Shown: positions 1 to 9,579 of the stretch, in pieces
How the letters are laid out: each line of letters begins with the position of its first letter
Position numbering within the stretch: the first letter of the stretch is position 1
NCBI GenBank assembly: GCA_016124335.1
Contig: WGNX01000005.1
Coordinates: 475,524-539,523, forward strand
Origin: Alphaproteobacteria bacterium
Lineage (GTDB): Bacteria; Pseudomonadota; Alphaproteobacteria; CACIAM-22H2
Direction: 5' to 3'
DNA: 64,000 nucleotides
Program-made: the position numbers and the translations under genes
The notes under the pieces: model-generated
What the model saw: only the letters and a program-made list of their open reading frames with translations
Told to the model about the DNA's origin: nothing
The model's database searches: none

Positions 1-1005
1 TCAGCGGTGCCGGTGCGAGTGGCTGTGGCCGTGCGCATGATCGTGGGAATGGTCATGGGAGTGGTCATGGCCATGGCTGTGATCGTGCGAATGGCCATGA
101 TCGTGGTGGTGATGGTGGCCGTGATCAGCATCGGTGCCCGCGCCGCGCACATGCAGGTGATGGCCGGCCTGCACGGCGCCAACGTCAGCCTCGTAGCCGA
201 TAATCTGCGTTCGATATTTGCAGAGCGTGCAGTTCATCGCGGTTTCGCCGCGCCCGATCTCGTCGAGCCGTTCAAGGAACGTCGCGATCACGTTGGGGTG
301 GTCGTTGAGATAGTCGGCGTACAGGAACTCGACTTCGCGGTTGAGGGCCGCGATCTCGCTCGTCTGCTCGTAGATCCGCTTCACGAGGATGCCGTTGAAC
401 AGGAAATACGGGAACACGACGATCCGGCGGAAGCCCATGCGCACGGCGCGCGAAAGGCATTCGTTCGTGCGCGGATGGGCAACGCCGGAATAGGCGACGG
501 CCGTCCACCCGAAACCCATGCCTTCCCAGAGCATGCGCGCGATCTTGGCGACATTGGAATTCGCATCCGGATCGTTCGTGCCGCGACCCACGACCACAAG
601 CAGCGTCTCCTCGCGCGTGGCCGGGCGCGTGGCTTTCGCTTCGGCCGCCTCGATGCGGAAGCGCGCGGCTTCAAGCAGCTTCAGGTCCACCGCCAGGTCG
701 CGCGCGAAGACAAGCTTCACGTCCGGGTTTTCGGCCGCCCAGCTGTTGATTTCCCACGGCAGGTCATTCTTCACATGCCCGGCGGCAAACAGCATGGCGG
801 GAAGCGCGTGGATCGTGCGCGCACCCTGCGCCTTCAGCGCGTCGAGCCCCTCGCGGATGATCGGTCTTGCGAATTCGAGAAAGCCGGAACCGACGGCGCG
901 CCCCGGCAGGCGGGCGCGCAGGCCCGCCACCATCGCGTCGAATTCGCGGATTGCGTCGGTGTCACGGCTGCCGTGGCCGCACACCATCACCGCGGGTTGT
1001 TCCAT
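1..1005 (-). CDS. cbiX: Sirohydrochlorin cobaltochelatase, long-form CbiX with His-rich C-terminal tail
   Basis: 334-aa ORF with stop at 1-3 and ATG at 1003-1005. N-terminus is MVCGHGSRD. C-terminal M-x-C-x-x-C (AMNCTLC) is followed by about 25 His in the last ~53 residues (hand count). Lies in a cobalamin gene cluster. Confidence 0.8.
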   Translation of the reverse strand: MEQPAVMVCGHGSRDTDAIREFDAMVAGLRARLPGRAVGSGFLEFARPIIREGLDALKAQGARTIHALPAMLFAAGHVKNDLPWEINSWAAENPDVKLVFARDLAVDLKLLEAARFRIEAAEAKATRPATREETLLVVVGRGTNDPDANSNVAKIARMLWEGMGFGWTAVAYSGVAHPRTNECLSRAVRMGFRRIVVFPYFLFNGILVKRIYEQTSEIAALNREVEFLYADYLNDHPNVIATFLERLDEIGRGETAMNCTLCKYRTQIIGYEADVGAVQAGHHLHVRGAGTDADHGHHHHHDHGHSHDHSHGHDHSHDHSHDHAHGHSHSHRHR

Positions 1006-1058
1006 CGTCTCGTCCTCCTCGGTTGACCGAATATAGGCCGCGGGTCACTCTCCCGGGC

Positions 1059-2057
1059 ATGTGGATTCTGCCGTCGCCATCCTACGAACCGATGCTGGTC
1101 CTGCTGGCCGCCCTTGCGCTCGACGCCGTACTGGGCGAGGTGCGCTGGCTTTCCGGCCGCATCGGGCATCCGGTGCAGTGGATCGGCCGGCTGATTTCGG
1201 CGCTCGAATTGCGGTTGAACCGGCCGCAACGCTCGCCGCGCGCGCGCCGCGTGCGCGGGGCGATCGTCGTGGCGATCGTCGTGCTGCTGGCCGCTGCCGT
1301 CGCGATTGCCGTGACGGCATTCGCGCGTACGCGCGTCTGGGGCTGGGCGCTGGAGGCTTTCGTCGTTTCGCTGCTGATCGCGCAGCGTTCGCTCTACGAC
1401 CACGTCGCCGATGTCGCGCGCGCACTCGACCGCGAGGGGCTTGCCGGCGGGCGCATTGCGGTCGCGCGCATCGTCGGTCGCGATCCGGAGAGCCTCGACC
1501 TGCACGGCGTGGCCCGCGCGGCGATCGAATCGCTTGCCGAGAATTTCTCCGACGCGGTGGTGGCGCCGGTCTTCTGGTATGCGCTGTTCGGCCTGCCGGG
1601 GCTTGCCTTTTTCAAGGCAGCGAGCACGCTTGATTCGATGATCGGCCATCGAAACGAGCGCTATCTCGATTTCGGGCGCTATGCCGCACGGCTCGACACG
1701 GCGATGAATTTCCTTCCCGCACGTCTTTCCGCGCTGCTCGTGGCGCTCGCCGCGCTCGTCTCGCCGGGTGCGCGGCCATGGGGTGCCGCGCGCACGGCCA
1801 TTGCCGACGCGCGCAAGCATCGTTCGGTCAATGCGGGCTGGCCCGAAGGCGCGTTCGCCGGCGCGCTCGATCTTGCGATCGCGGGCCCGCGCCGCTACGG
1901 CAGTCTTGTCGTCGACGATCCGTGGATCGGCAGCGGCCGGGCGCGCGCGACCATCGCCGACATGCGCCGTGCGCTGTGGCTTTTTGCGGTCGCCTGCCTC
2001 GTGCAGGCCGGCCTCGTGGCGGCTCTTGCGGTCGCCCGAATGACGCTGCTCGTCTAG
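1059..2057 (+). CDS. cbiB: Adenosylcobinamide-phosphate synthase (CbiB/CobD)
   Basis: Track ORF 867..2057 trimmed to the ATG at 1059 (MWILPSP...). Multi-TM protein with LDAVLGEVRWLSGRIGHPVQWIGRLI, typical of CbiB. Cob-cluster context. Confidence 0.85.
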   Translation: MWILPSPSYEPMLVLLAALALDAVLGEVRWLSGRIGHPVQWIGRLISALELRLNRPQRSPRARRVRGAIVVAIVVLLAAAVAIAVTAFARTRVWGWALEAFVVSLLIAQRSLYDHVADVARALDREGLAGGRIAVARIVGRDPESLDLHGVARAAIESLAENFSDAVVAPVFWYALFGLPGLAFFKAASTLDSMIGHRNERYLDFGRYAARLDTAMNFLPARLSALLVALAALVSPGARPWGAARTAIADARKHRSVNAGWPEGAFAGALDLAIAGPRRYGSLVVDDPWIGSGRARATIADMRRALWLFAVACLVQAGLVAALAVARMTLLV

Positions 2058-2059
2058 GT

Positions 2060-3514
2060 TCATCGCGCGATTCCCAGCAGCCGGTCGAGATCGAGGTGTG
2101 CCGCCACGTGTGCGGCAAGCAAATCGAGCGTCGATTCCACCTGCGCCTCGAACGCCGTTTCGCCGTTGCGACCGGCGCGCAGCGAGGCAAGCCAGCGCGC
2201 GCGCATTCCGTCCGACGCGAACAGTCCGTGGACGTAACTGCCGGCAATGCGCCCGTCGCGCGATACGGCGCCTTCCGGCGTTCCGTCGAGCGACAGGAAC
2301 GGTGCGGCGGTTCCGGTCGTGCACCCGAGATGGATTTCATAGCCGCGGATGCGGCAGCCGCCGAGCGCGTCGACGGCGTCGACCTCGCGCAGCGTCTTGC
2401 CGGCCTCGAGCACCGTGTCGACCGGCAGCAGGCCAAGTCCTTCGACCTTGCCTTTGCGTCCTTCGATGCCGTCCGGGTCGTCGATCGTGCGGCCGAGCAT
2501 CTGGTAGCCGCCGCACAGGCCCACGACCGCGCCGCCGCGGCGCACATGTGCGACGATATCGATGTCCCAGCCCTGCGCACGCAGGAAGGCGAGGTCGGCG
2601 ATGGTCGCCTTCGATCCCGGCAAAAGCACGGCATCACAGTCGCCCGGCAACGCCTCGCCCGGTTCCAGCAAAGCCAGTTCGACGTCCGGTTCGGCGGCCA
2701 GCGGGTCGAGATCGTCGAAATTCGCGATCGCCGGCAGGTGCGGCACGCGGATGCGGATGGCGCCTTGGTGCGGCGTATAGCGCGTCGAAAGCGACGCGCC
2801 GTCCTCGGCCGGCAGCAGCCGCGCTTGGGCAAACCACGGCACGACGCCAAGGCACGGGATGCCGGCATGCGTCTCGATCGCCTTCCTGCCGTCGGCGAAC
2901 ATCGACATGTCGCCGCGGAACTTGTTGATGATGGCGCCTGCCACGCGCGCGCGCTCCTCGGGCGGCAGCACGGCCATGGTTCCCGCGAAGGCAGCGATGA
3001 CGCCGCCGCGGTCGATGTCGCCCACCAACAGGACCGGCGCATCGGCGGCCAAGGCGAAGCCCATGTTCGCAATGTCGCCCGCACGCAGGTTGATTTCCGC
3101 CGGCGAGCCTGCGCCTTCGACCAGCACCAGATCGACGTCTGCGCGGAGGCGCGCATAGCTTTCCAGCACACGCGCCATCAGTTGCGGTTTCAGCGCGTGA
3201 TATTCGGCCGCCTTTGCCGTCGCGAAAACCCTGCCCTGCACGACGACCTGCGCGCCCGTGTCGCTTTGCGGCTTCAGGAGAACCGGGTTCATGTCGGCGA
3301 CAGCCGGAACGCGCGCGGCGCGCGCCTGCAGGGCCTGCGCGCGGCCGATCTCGCCGCCGTCGACGGTGACGGCGGCGTTGTTCGACATGTTCTGCGGCTT
3401 GAAGGGCCGCACGCGCAGGCCGCGATCTGCGAATGCGCGCGCGAGCCCCGCGACGAGGAGCGACTTGCCCACGTCCGATCCGGTTCCCTGCAGCATGAGC
3501 GCGCGTGCGGCCAT
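2060..3514 (-). CDS. cobQ: Cobyric acid synthase CobQ
   Basis: ORF 2060..3559 trimmed to [18 protein letters not shown] (P-loop-like CobQ N-terminus). C-terminal glutamine amidotransferase motif [10 protein letters not shown]. Start lies 7 nt after the cobO stop. Confidence 0.9.
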   Translation of the reverse strand: MAARALMLQGTGSDVGKSLLVAGLARAFADRGLRVRPFKPQNMSNNAAVTVDGGEIGRAQALQARAARVPAVADMNPVLLKPQSDTGAQVVVQGRVFATAKAAEYHALKPQLMARVLESYARLRADVDLVLVEGAGSPAEINLRAGDIANMGFALAADAPVLLVGDIDRGGVIAAFAGTMAVLPPEERARVAGAIINKFRGDMSMFADGRKAIETHAGIPCLGVVPWFAQARLLPAEDGASLSTRYTPHQGAIRIRVPHLPAIANFDDLDPLAAEPDVELALLEPGEALPGDCDAVLLPGSKATIADLAFLRAQGWDIDIVAHVRRGGAVVGLCGGYQMLGRTIDDPDGIEGRKGKVEGLGLLPVDTVLEAGKTLREVDAVDALGGCRIRGYEIHLGCTTGTAAPFLSLDGTPEGAVSRDGRIAGSYVHGLFASDGMRARWLASLRAGRNGETAFEAQVESTLDLLAAHVAAHLDLDRLLGIAR

Positions 3515-3521
3515 GACGATT

Positions 3522-4121
3522 TCAGAACTCCACGCCCGGCTGCGCCTTGATGCCGGCACGGAAAGGATGCTTGACGAGCGTCATCTCGGTTACCAGATCG
3601 GCCGCCTCGATCATCGCTTCGGGCGCGTTGCGGCCGGTGACGACGCAATGCTGCAGCGGCGGGCGCGCGGCGATCGCCTCCAGCACGGGCTCGAGCGGGA
3701 TGAAGCCGTAGCGCAGCGCGATGTTGAGTTCGTCGAGCACGACCATCCGGTACTGCGCGTCGGCGAGCATGCGCCTGGATTCCGCCCACGCGCGCTCGGC
3801 CGCGGCGATGTCGCGGGCCTTGTCCTGCGTTTCCCACGTGAAACCTTCACCCAGCGTGCGGATTTCGCAAAGCTCGGGGAATTTCTTGAGGAGCCGCGCC
3901 TCGCCGGTGTCCCACCCACCCTTTACGTATTGCACGACGCCGACCTTCATGCCGTGGCCAAGGCAGCGCATCACCATGCCGAAGGCCGAGGACGATTTGC
4001 CCTTGCCCTTGCCGGTGTGGACGATCAGGAGGCCTTTTTCGCCGACCTTGCCTTCCATCATGCGGTCGCGCGCTTCCTTGATGCGGCGCATCTTCTCGGC
4101 ATGTTCGGTCTCGCTTGTCAT
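3522..4121 (-). CDS. cobO: Cob(I)yrinic acid a,c-diamide adenosyltransferase CobO
   Basis: Last 199 aa of ORF 3522..4709, starting at MTSETEH. Motifs [18 protein letters not shown] and VVLDELN. ATGA overlap with the cobN stop. Confidence 0.9.
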   Translation of the reverse strand: MTSETEHAEKMRRIKEARDRMMEGKVGEKGLLIVHTGKGKGKSSSAFGMVMRCLGHGMKVGVVQYVKGGWDTGEARLLKKFPELCEIRTLGEGFTWETQDKARDIAAAERAWAESRRMLADAQYRMVVLDELNIALRYGFIPLEPVLEAIAARPPLQHCVVTGRNAPEAMIEAADLVTEMTLVKHPFRAGIKAQPGVEF

Positions 4122-7100
4122 GTTCGCTCCAGGATGCGGTCGAGAAGGGCGGGGGCGTCGTTCGAGCCGGGCCGCCAAAGGCCGCGGTCGCGCGCCTCGG
4201 CAAAGCGCTGCGCCATTTCGCGCAACGCGGGCGCGTTCACCTCGGCGATGAAGGCGCGCACGTCGCCGTCGCGCAGATAGGCGTCGAACAGCGCGTCGAA
4301 CTGGCGGCTTTCCACGCATGGTGTGGTCGCGGCGAAGGCAAACAGGTAGTCGACGGTCGCCGCCATCTCGAAAGCGCCCTTGTAGCCGTGCCGGCGGCAG
4401 CCATCGATCCATTTCGGGTTCGCCGCGCGCGCACGCACGACGCGCGCGATCTCTTCTTTCAGCGTGCGCACGCGCGGGCTTTCGGGTCGCGAATGATCGT
4501 TGTGGTAGATTGCCGGCGTCTTCCCCGAAAGCGCCGTCACGGCGGCGGCAATGCCGCCTTCGAACTGGTAATAGTCGTCGCTGTCGAGGATGTCGTGCTC
4601 GCGGTTGTCCTGGTTGTGCAGCACGGCTTCCACGCGCGCCAGCCGCTTCTCGAACAGGCCGTGCGCGGCTTCGCCTTCCGCGCCCGCGCGATAGGCAAAA
4701 CCGCCCCACGCCACGTAGGCGCGCGCAAGGTCGCCCGCATCGCGCCAGCCGCCTTCATCGATCAGCGCCTGCAGGCCTGCGCCGTAGGCACCCGGCTTCG
4801 AGCCGAACACGCGCGTTGCGGCATCGCGCCCGCCGCCTTCGGCGCGCACGCGCGCGGCCAGCGGGTTCATCTCGGCCGGTTCGTCGAGCCCGGCTACCTT
4901 GCGTGCGGCCGCGTCGAACAGGTCGATGAGGCCCGCGAATGCGTCGCGGAAAAAGCCCGACACGCGCAATGTGACGTCCACGCGCGGCCGGTCGAGCAGG
5001 TCGATCGACATCACCTCGAAGCCGGTCACACGCAGCGACGTCGGCTCCCAAGTCGGCCGCACGCCCATCAACGCCAGCGCCTGCGCGATGTCGTCGCCGC
5101 CAGTGCGCATGTTCGCGGTGCCCCAGGCGGAGAGGGCCACGGCGCGCGGCCAGTCGCCGTGTTCCTGCAGATGGCGTTCGAGCAGCAGCCCGGCGGATTT
5201 CCAGCCAAGCGCCCAGGCCGAAGGCGTGGGCACCGCGCGCAGATCGACCGAATAGAAGTTCCGCCCCGTGGGCAGCACGTCGGGCCGGCCGCGCGAGGGG
5301 GCGCCGGAGGGGCCCGGCGCCACGCGCCGTCCGTCGAGCCCGGCCAGAAGGCCCGCCAGTTCGGCGGCGCCGCTCGCATCGAAAGCCGGTGCAAGCGCAC
5401 GCGCGATCCAGCCCGCGACGGCGGCACTGGCGGGGCCGGGCGCGGCTTCGCCATCGACAATGCGTGCCGCCTGCAACTCGATCCGGTCGAGCGCATCGCC
5501 GTGAACGGACATGTCGCAGTCGAGCGGGTCGAAGCCAAGGCCCAGATCGCGCGCCAGTGCACGGGTCAGCGATTCGTTCTCCGCCTGCCCGCCGGGGCGC
5601 GGCACGCGCGCGATTGCAGCAAGCGTATCACGGCGCTGGCCGGCATCCGGCGACGTGCCGAACACGTGCAGTCCGTCGCGGATCTGGTGTTCCTTCAGTT
5701 CGCACAGCAGGCCGTCGAGTTTTGCAAGCGCGCGGTCGGCGGGCTCGCCGGGCGCGATGGCGCATTCCTCGGCAAGGCCGGTGCGGCGCGCGATGTCGAG
5801 GATTTCGGCCGCCAGCGGCGCGGTGCGGCGCGGATCGAGCCGGCGTGCCTCGTCGTATTCGTCGATCAGACGTTCAAGTGCCGCCTGCGGGCCGTAGGCG
5901 CCCGCGCGGGTCAGCGGCGGCGTCAGGTGATCGACGATGACGGCTGAAGTGCGCCGCTTGGCCTGCGTGCCTTCGCCCGGATCGTTGACGATGAACGGAT
6001 AGATATTTGGCAACGCACCCAATGCGGCTTCGGGAAAGCAGTCGGCCGACAGCGCCAGCCCCTTGCCCGGCAGCCATTCCAGATTGCCATGCTTGCCGAC
6101 ATGGACGACCGCGTCGAACCCCGCGAGCCAGGCGTGGAACGCGAGATACCCGTGCGGCGGGACCAGCGCGGGATCGTGATAGCTGGAGGACGGATCGATC
6201 TCGTACCCGCGCGCGGGCTGGATCGCGACGGCGATATTGCCGAACAGGTGCGCGGGCAGCACGAACGCGTCGCCGTCCGAACGGCGGTCGGCTTCCGCCG
6301 TACCCCAGCGCGCGTCGATTTCCGCACGCACCTTTTCCGAACGGCCCGACAGGAAGGCGCGATAGTCGGCGAGCGGATAGCGCACGCCGCCTGCGGCCCT
6401 CTTGCGCAGGTTTGTCGGGCCTGCCAGCAGGCGCGCCATAAGGGCGGCCGAACTTTCCGGTGCGCCGTCGACCGTGTAGCCCGCAGCGGAAAGAGCCGAA
6501 AGGATCGCGATGGCCGAAGCCGGCGTGTCGAGGCCCACGCCGTTGGCAAGCCGCCCGTCCTTGCCCGGATAGTTCGCAAGCACCAGCGCCACGCGCCGGT
6601 CGGCCGGCTTCTTGCGGCGCAGCTTGACCCAGTTCGCCGCAAGTTCGGCGACGAAGCCGATGCGCGAACGGTCGGCTTCGAAGCCGACGAGATCGACCTC
6701 GCATTCGGTGTCGCGCCCCAGCGGCCCCTTGAAGCCGATCGCGCGCGACAGGATGCGGCCGTCGAGCTCCGGCAAAGCCACGTTCATGGCGATATCGCGC
6801 GGTGCAAGGCCGCGCGTGCCCTCGGCCCAGCCGGATCGCGATTCGGCCGAAAGCACGGCCTGCAGCACGGGTGCATCCAAGGCCGCGAGCGGATCGCCGG
6901 CACCGACCGAAAAGCCCGTGAGGTTGATCGCGATGTCGGGCGGTGCGGCCGCGAATTCGGCCGCGAGGAACGCGACGACCGCCGCGTCCTTCAGGCTTGC
7001 GACGTAGAAGGCATGCGTGTCGAGGCCTTTTGCGGCGAGCGCCTCGACTAGCGCTTCGACCGGCGCGATATCGCCCGCCTGATAATGCGCGCGATAGAAG

Positions 7101-7669
7101 ACGATGGCGGCGACCGGCGCGCCCGGCCGCGCGTGCGCGTGGGCGAGCCGGCCCGCACGCGCGACGGGGCGGGGCGGGCCGGCCGTTGCCGGGCCGCCGA
7201 CAAGCTCGTCGAGATAGGCAAGTGCCGAAGCATAGTTCTCCGGGCCGCCATGGGTGAAATAGGCGTGCAGGCGCGCATGCGCCTCGGGCGTCACCGTCGA
7301 AAGCTGGAGCAGCTCGGCATCCGGTTTCTCGTCACCCGGTAGCAGGGCAAGTTTCGCACCCGTGCGCCGCGCGGTTTCGACGAGCCGGTCGACGCCGTAG
7401 GGCCAATAGCTGCGCCCGCCCAGAAGGCGCACGACGATCGCGCGCGCGGGTTCGAGCGTGCGTTCGATATGCAAATCGACCGAGTAGGGATGGCGAAACG
7501 AAGCAAGATTGGCGAGCCGCAGGCCTCTGCGCGGGCCCTTCGCGCGCGCGAGCCCCGTGATCTCGCTGTCAGCCATCGACAGCACGGCGAAATCGGCCGC
7601 CGATTGGGCGAGATCGATCGCCCTGTCGTCGTCGAGGACAAGCCCTGGCGTGGCGGCCAGAAGATGCAT
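4118..7669 (-). CDS. cobN: Cobaltochelatase large subunit CobN
   Basis: 1183-aa ORF with CobN/Mg-chelatase-H-like length and sequence. Translationally coupled to cobW upstream (1-nt overlap) and cobO downstream (4-nt overlap). Confidence 0.9.
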   Translation of the reverse strand: MHLLAATPGLVLDDDRAIDLAQSAADFAVLSMADSEITGLARAKGPRRGLRLANLASFRHPYSVDLHIERTLEPARAIVVRLLGGRSYWPYGVDRLVETARRTGAKLALLPGDEKPDAELLQLSTVTPEAHARLHAYFTHGGPENYASALAYLDELVGGPATAGPPRPVARAGRLAHAHARPGAPVAAIVFYRAHYQAGDIAPVEALVEALAAKGLDTHAFYVASLKDAAVVAFLAAEFAAAPPDIAINLTGFSVGAGDPLAALDAPVLQAVLSAESRSGWAEGTRGLAPRDIAMNVALPELDGRILSRAIGFKGPLGRDTECEVDLVGFEADRSRIGFVAELAANWVKLRRKKPADRRVALVLANYPGKDGRLANGVGLDTPASAIAILSALSAAGYTVDGAPESSAALMARLLAGPTNLRKRAAGGVRYPLADYRAFLSGRSEKVRAEIDARWGTAEADRRSDGDAFVLPAHLFGNIAVAIQPARGYEIDPSSSYHDPALVPPHGYLAFHAWLAGFDAVVHVGKHGNLEWLPGKGLALSADCFPEAALGALPNIYPFIVNDPGEGTQAKRRTSAVIVDHLTPPLTRAGAYGPQAALERLIDEYDEARRLDPRRTAPLAAEILDIARRTGLAEECAIAPGEPADRALAKLDGLLCELKEHQIRDGLHVFGTSPDAGQRRDTLAAIARVPRPGGQAENESLTRALARDLGLGFDPLDCDMSVHGDALDRIELQAARIVDGEAAPGPASAAVAGWIARALAPAFDASGAAELAGLLAGLDGRRVAPGPSGAPSRGRPDVLPTGRNFYSVDLRAVPTPSAWALGWKSAGLLLERHLQEHGDWPRAVALSAWGTANMRTGGDDIAQALALMGVRPTWEPTSLRVTGFEVMSIDLLDRPRVDVTLRVSGFFRDAFAGLIDLFDAAARKVAGLDEPAEMNPLAARVRAEGGGRDAATRVFGSKPGAYGAGLQALIDEGGWRDAGDLARAYVAWGGFAYRAGAEGEAAHGLFEKRLARVEAVLHNQDNREHDILDSDDYYQFEGGIAAAVTALSGKTPAIYHNDHSRPESPRVRTLKEEIARVVRARAANPKWIDGCRRHGYKGAFEMAATVDYLFAFAATTPCVESRQFDALFDAYLRDGDVRAFIAEVNAPALREMAQRFAEARDRGLWRPGSNDAPALLDRILERT

Positions 7670-8691
7670 CAGGCCAGCGCCGCCCGGATCGCGGCGGCAT
7701 CGAGGCCCTTGCGCCCGATGACGACGATGCGGCTCGTGCGCGGTTCGTCCTTTGCCCAGGCGCGGTCGAAATAGCGCTCGATGCGCGGGCCCACGGCCTG
7801 CACGGCAAGCCGCATCGGCTTGCCCGGCACGTCGAGAAAACCCTTCGCGCGCAGCACGTCGTGCCGTTCGATCGCCGCGCGCAGGCGCGCCTCGAACGTG
7901 TCGGGATCGGCGATCGTTCCGGGCTCGACGACGAAGCTGTCGAAATCGTCGTGATCGTGTTCGCCTTCGGCATCGGCATGGCTCGGCCGCGTGGCGAGAT
8001 CGTCCTCGGCGGCGGCATCGATCCCCAGCAGCACGTCGAGCGGCACGTCGCCGTGCGAAGCGGCTACGAGCTTGGCGCCGCCTCGCAGCTTTGCGGAAAT
8101 CTCCCCTTCGACGCGCCGGCGCGTGGCGTTGTCCAGCGCATCGGCCTTGGTCAGCAGGACGAGATCGGCGCAGGCAAGCTGGTCGGTGAAGACTTCCTCG
8201 AGCGGATTGTCATGGTCGAGTGCGGGATCGGCGGCGCGCTGGGCCGCGAGCGCATCCTCGTCGTCGGCAAAGCGCCCGGAGGCGAGTGCCGGGCCGTCGA
8301 CCAGCGTCACGACGCCATCCACCGTCGCGCGCGCCTTCACGCCCGGCCAGTTGAATGCCTGGACGAGCGGCTTGGGAAGGGCGAGGCCGGACGTTTCGAT
8401 GACAATGTGGTCGAGCGCCGGCTCGCGGGCAAGCAGCGCTTCGAGCGTGGGCAGGAAATCGTCGGCGACGGTGCAGCAGATGCAGCCGTTGGCAAGTTCG
8501 ACCACGTCGCCGGGCGCGCAGGCGTCCTCGCCGCAGCCAAGCATGATTTCGCGGTCCATGCCCAGCGCGCCGAATTCGTTGATGACGAACGCGATACGCC
8601 GGCCGTTCGCCCGCTCGGCGATGCGGCGTAGCAGCGTCGTCTTGCCCGCACCCAGAAAGCCGGTCACGACGGTGGCGGGAACCTTCTTCAT
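7669..8691 (-). CDS. cobW: Cobalamin biosynthesis GTPase/metallochaperone CobW
   Basis: ORF 7669..8946 trimmed to MKKVPATVVTGFLGAGKTTLL (P-loop). GCICCT metal motif and a His/Asp-rich stretch HADAEGEHDHDD. ATGA overlap with the cobP stop. Confidence 0.85.
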   Translation of the reverse strand: MKKVPATVVTGFLGAGKTTLLRRIAERANGRRIAFVINEFGALGMDREIMLGCGEDACAPGDVVELANGCICCTVADDFLPTLEALLAREPALDHIVIETSGLALPKPLVQAFNWPGVKARATVDGVVTLVDGPALASGRFADDEDALAAQRAADPALDHDNPLEEVFTDQLACADLVLLTKADALDNATRRRVEGEISAKLRGGAKLVAASHGDVPLDVLLGIDAAAEDDLATRPSHADAEGEHDHDDFDSFVVEPGTIADPDTFEARLRAAIERHDVLRAKGFLDVPGKPMRLAVQAVGPRIERYFDRAWAKDEPRTSRIVVIGRKGLDAAAIRAALA

Positions 8692-9254
8692 TTCTTCGGT
8701 CCTTTCAGGAAGATCGGCAGGCCGGCAGCAACGAACGCCACACGGGCGGCGACGGCGCCCACGGCCTGATGGAGACGGCCTGCATGATCGCGGAAGGCAC
8801 GCGCGAGCGCGTTGTCGGGCACGATGCCGAGGCCGACCTCGTTGGAGACGAGCACGACCGGGCCCTTCGCGCGCTTCAGCGCCTTGCAGAGCAAATCGGT
8901 TTGCGCCGCGACGTCGCGCCCGGCGGCCAGCAGGTTGGACAGCCACAGCGTCAGGCAGTCGACCAATATCGGCGCGCCGGGGCGTGCATGCGCATCGATC
9001 GCGGCAGGAAGCTCAAGCGGGATTTCGAGCGTTGTCCATGCGGTACCGCGTCTTGCGCGATGCATGGCGATGCGCGTGCGCATCTCGCGATCGCCGGCTT
9101 CGGCCGTCGCCATATAGAGTGCCTTTGATTTGCCGCGCGCGAGGCGCAGCGCTTCGGCTTCCGCGAACGCGCTCTTGCCGGAGCGGGCGCCGCCCAGCAC
9201 CAGCACCACCGTGTGTCGTTTGCCCGCGCTATGCGCGGACGTTCGGCCGGCCAT
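8688..9254 (-). CDS. cobP: Adenosylcobinamide kinase / adenosylcobinamide-phosphate guanylyltransferase (CobP/CobU)
   Basis: ORF 8688..9410 trimmed to MAGRTSAHS. P-loop VLVLGGARSGKSAFAE. First gene after the B12 riboswitch, with a GGGAGGAA RBS upstream. Confidence 0.85.
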   Translation of the reverse strand: MAGRTSAHSAGKRHTVVLVLGGARSGKSAFAEAEALRLARGKSKALYMATAEAGDREMRTRIAMHRARRGTAWTTLEIPLELPAAIDAHARPGAPILVDCLTLWLSNLLAAGRDVAAQTDLLCKALKRAKGPVVLVSNEVGLGIVPDNALARAFRDHAGRLHQAVGAVAARVAFVAAGLPIFLKGPKK

Positions 9255-9299
9255 TTCGCACCTGTTCCTCCCACCGAGGACGGTCATGGGTTGCGCGCG

Positions 9300-9540
9300 T
9301 TGCAAGACACCGAAGTGCGCATCGCACGGCGATCCGGGAGGTCTCCTGGCTCGGGGTCGACGGCCTGCCGCCCGGCCTTCCCGGCGTGCATTCGCACGGA
9401 CCAGTGGCACGGGATGGGCGGCGGGCCTTGCCCTTACAGTTGCGGGGGCAGCGCCGGTTTGGCGTCGGACGAACCGAATTGTCGGTTTGCCCGGCGATTC
9501 ACCGGACTTCCCTGTCCGGACGCGGTGACGTTAGTATCAC
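9300..9540 (-). promoter_or_regulatory. Cobalamin (B12) riboswitch leader of the cobP-cobW-cobN-cobO-cobQ operon
   Basis: The reverse complement contains the canonical elements in order: GGTGATAC...CAGGGAAGTCCGGTGAATCGCCGGGC, GCTGCCCCCGCAACTGTAAGGGC, GCCACTGG, CCGGGAAGGCC, and the B12 box AGCCAGGAGACCTCCC (plus-strand 9333-9350). Confidence 0.85.
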
Positions 9541-9579
9541 GCCAATTTGGTGGAAACCAGCGGCCAGAAGGCGGACGCC

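Noticed and set aside
1-130. Highly repetitive CAT/GTG-rich DNA at the window start (possible tandem repeat or CRISPR-like array)
   Set aside because: It is the coding sequence of the (H-x)n tail of CbiX. There is no repeat-spacer organisation.
7-1026. 339-aa plus-strand ORF covering the whole cbiX region
   Set aside because: It is antisense to a gene with clear CbiX motifs. Its translation is low-complexity (runs of V/M/A mirroring the His codons), a typical high-GC shadow ORF.
1778-3550. 590-aa plus-strand ORF and 447-aa minus-strand ORF (1828..3171) overlapping cobQ
   Set aside because: These are alternative frames or antisense of an unambiguous CobQ gene. The translations are Arg/Ala/Pro-rich with no motifs.
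4115-5947. 610-aa plus-strand ORF inside cobN
   Set aside because: Antisense shadow of the 1183-aa CobN ORF.
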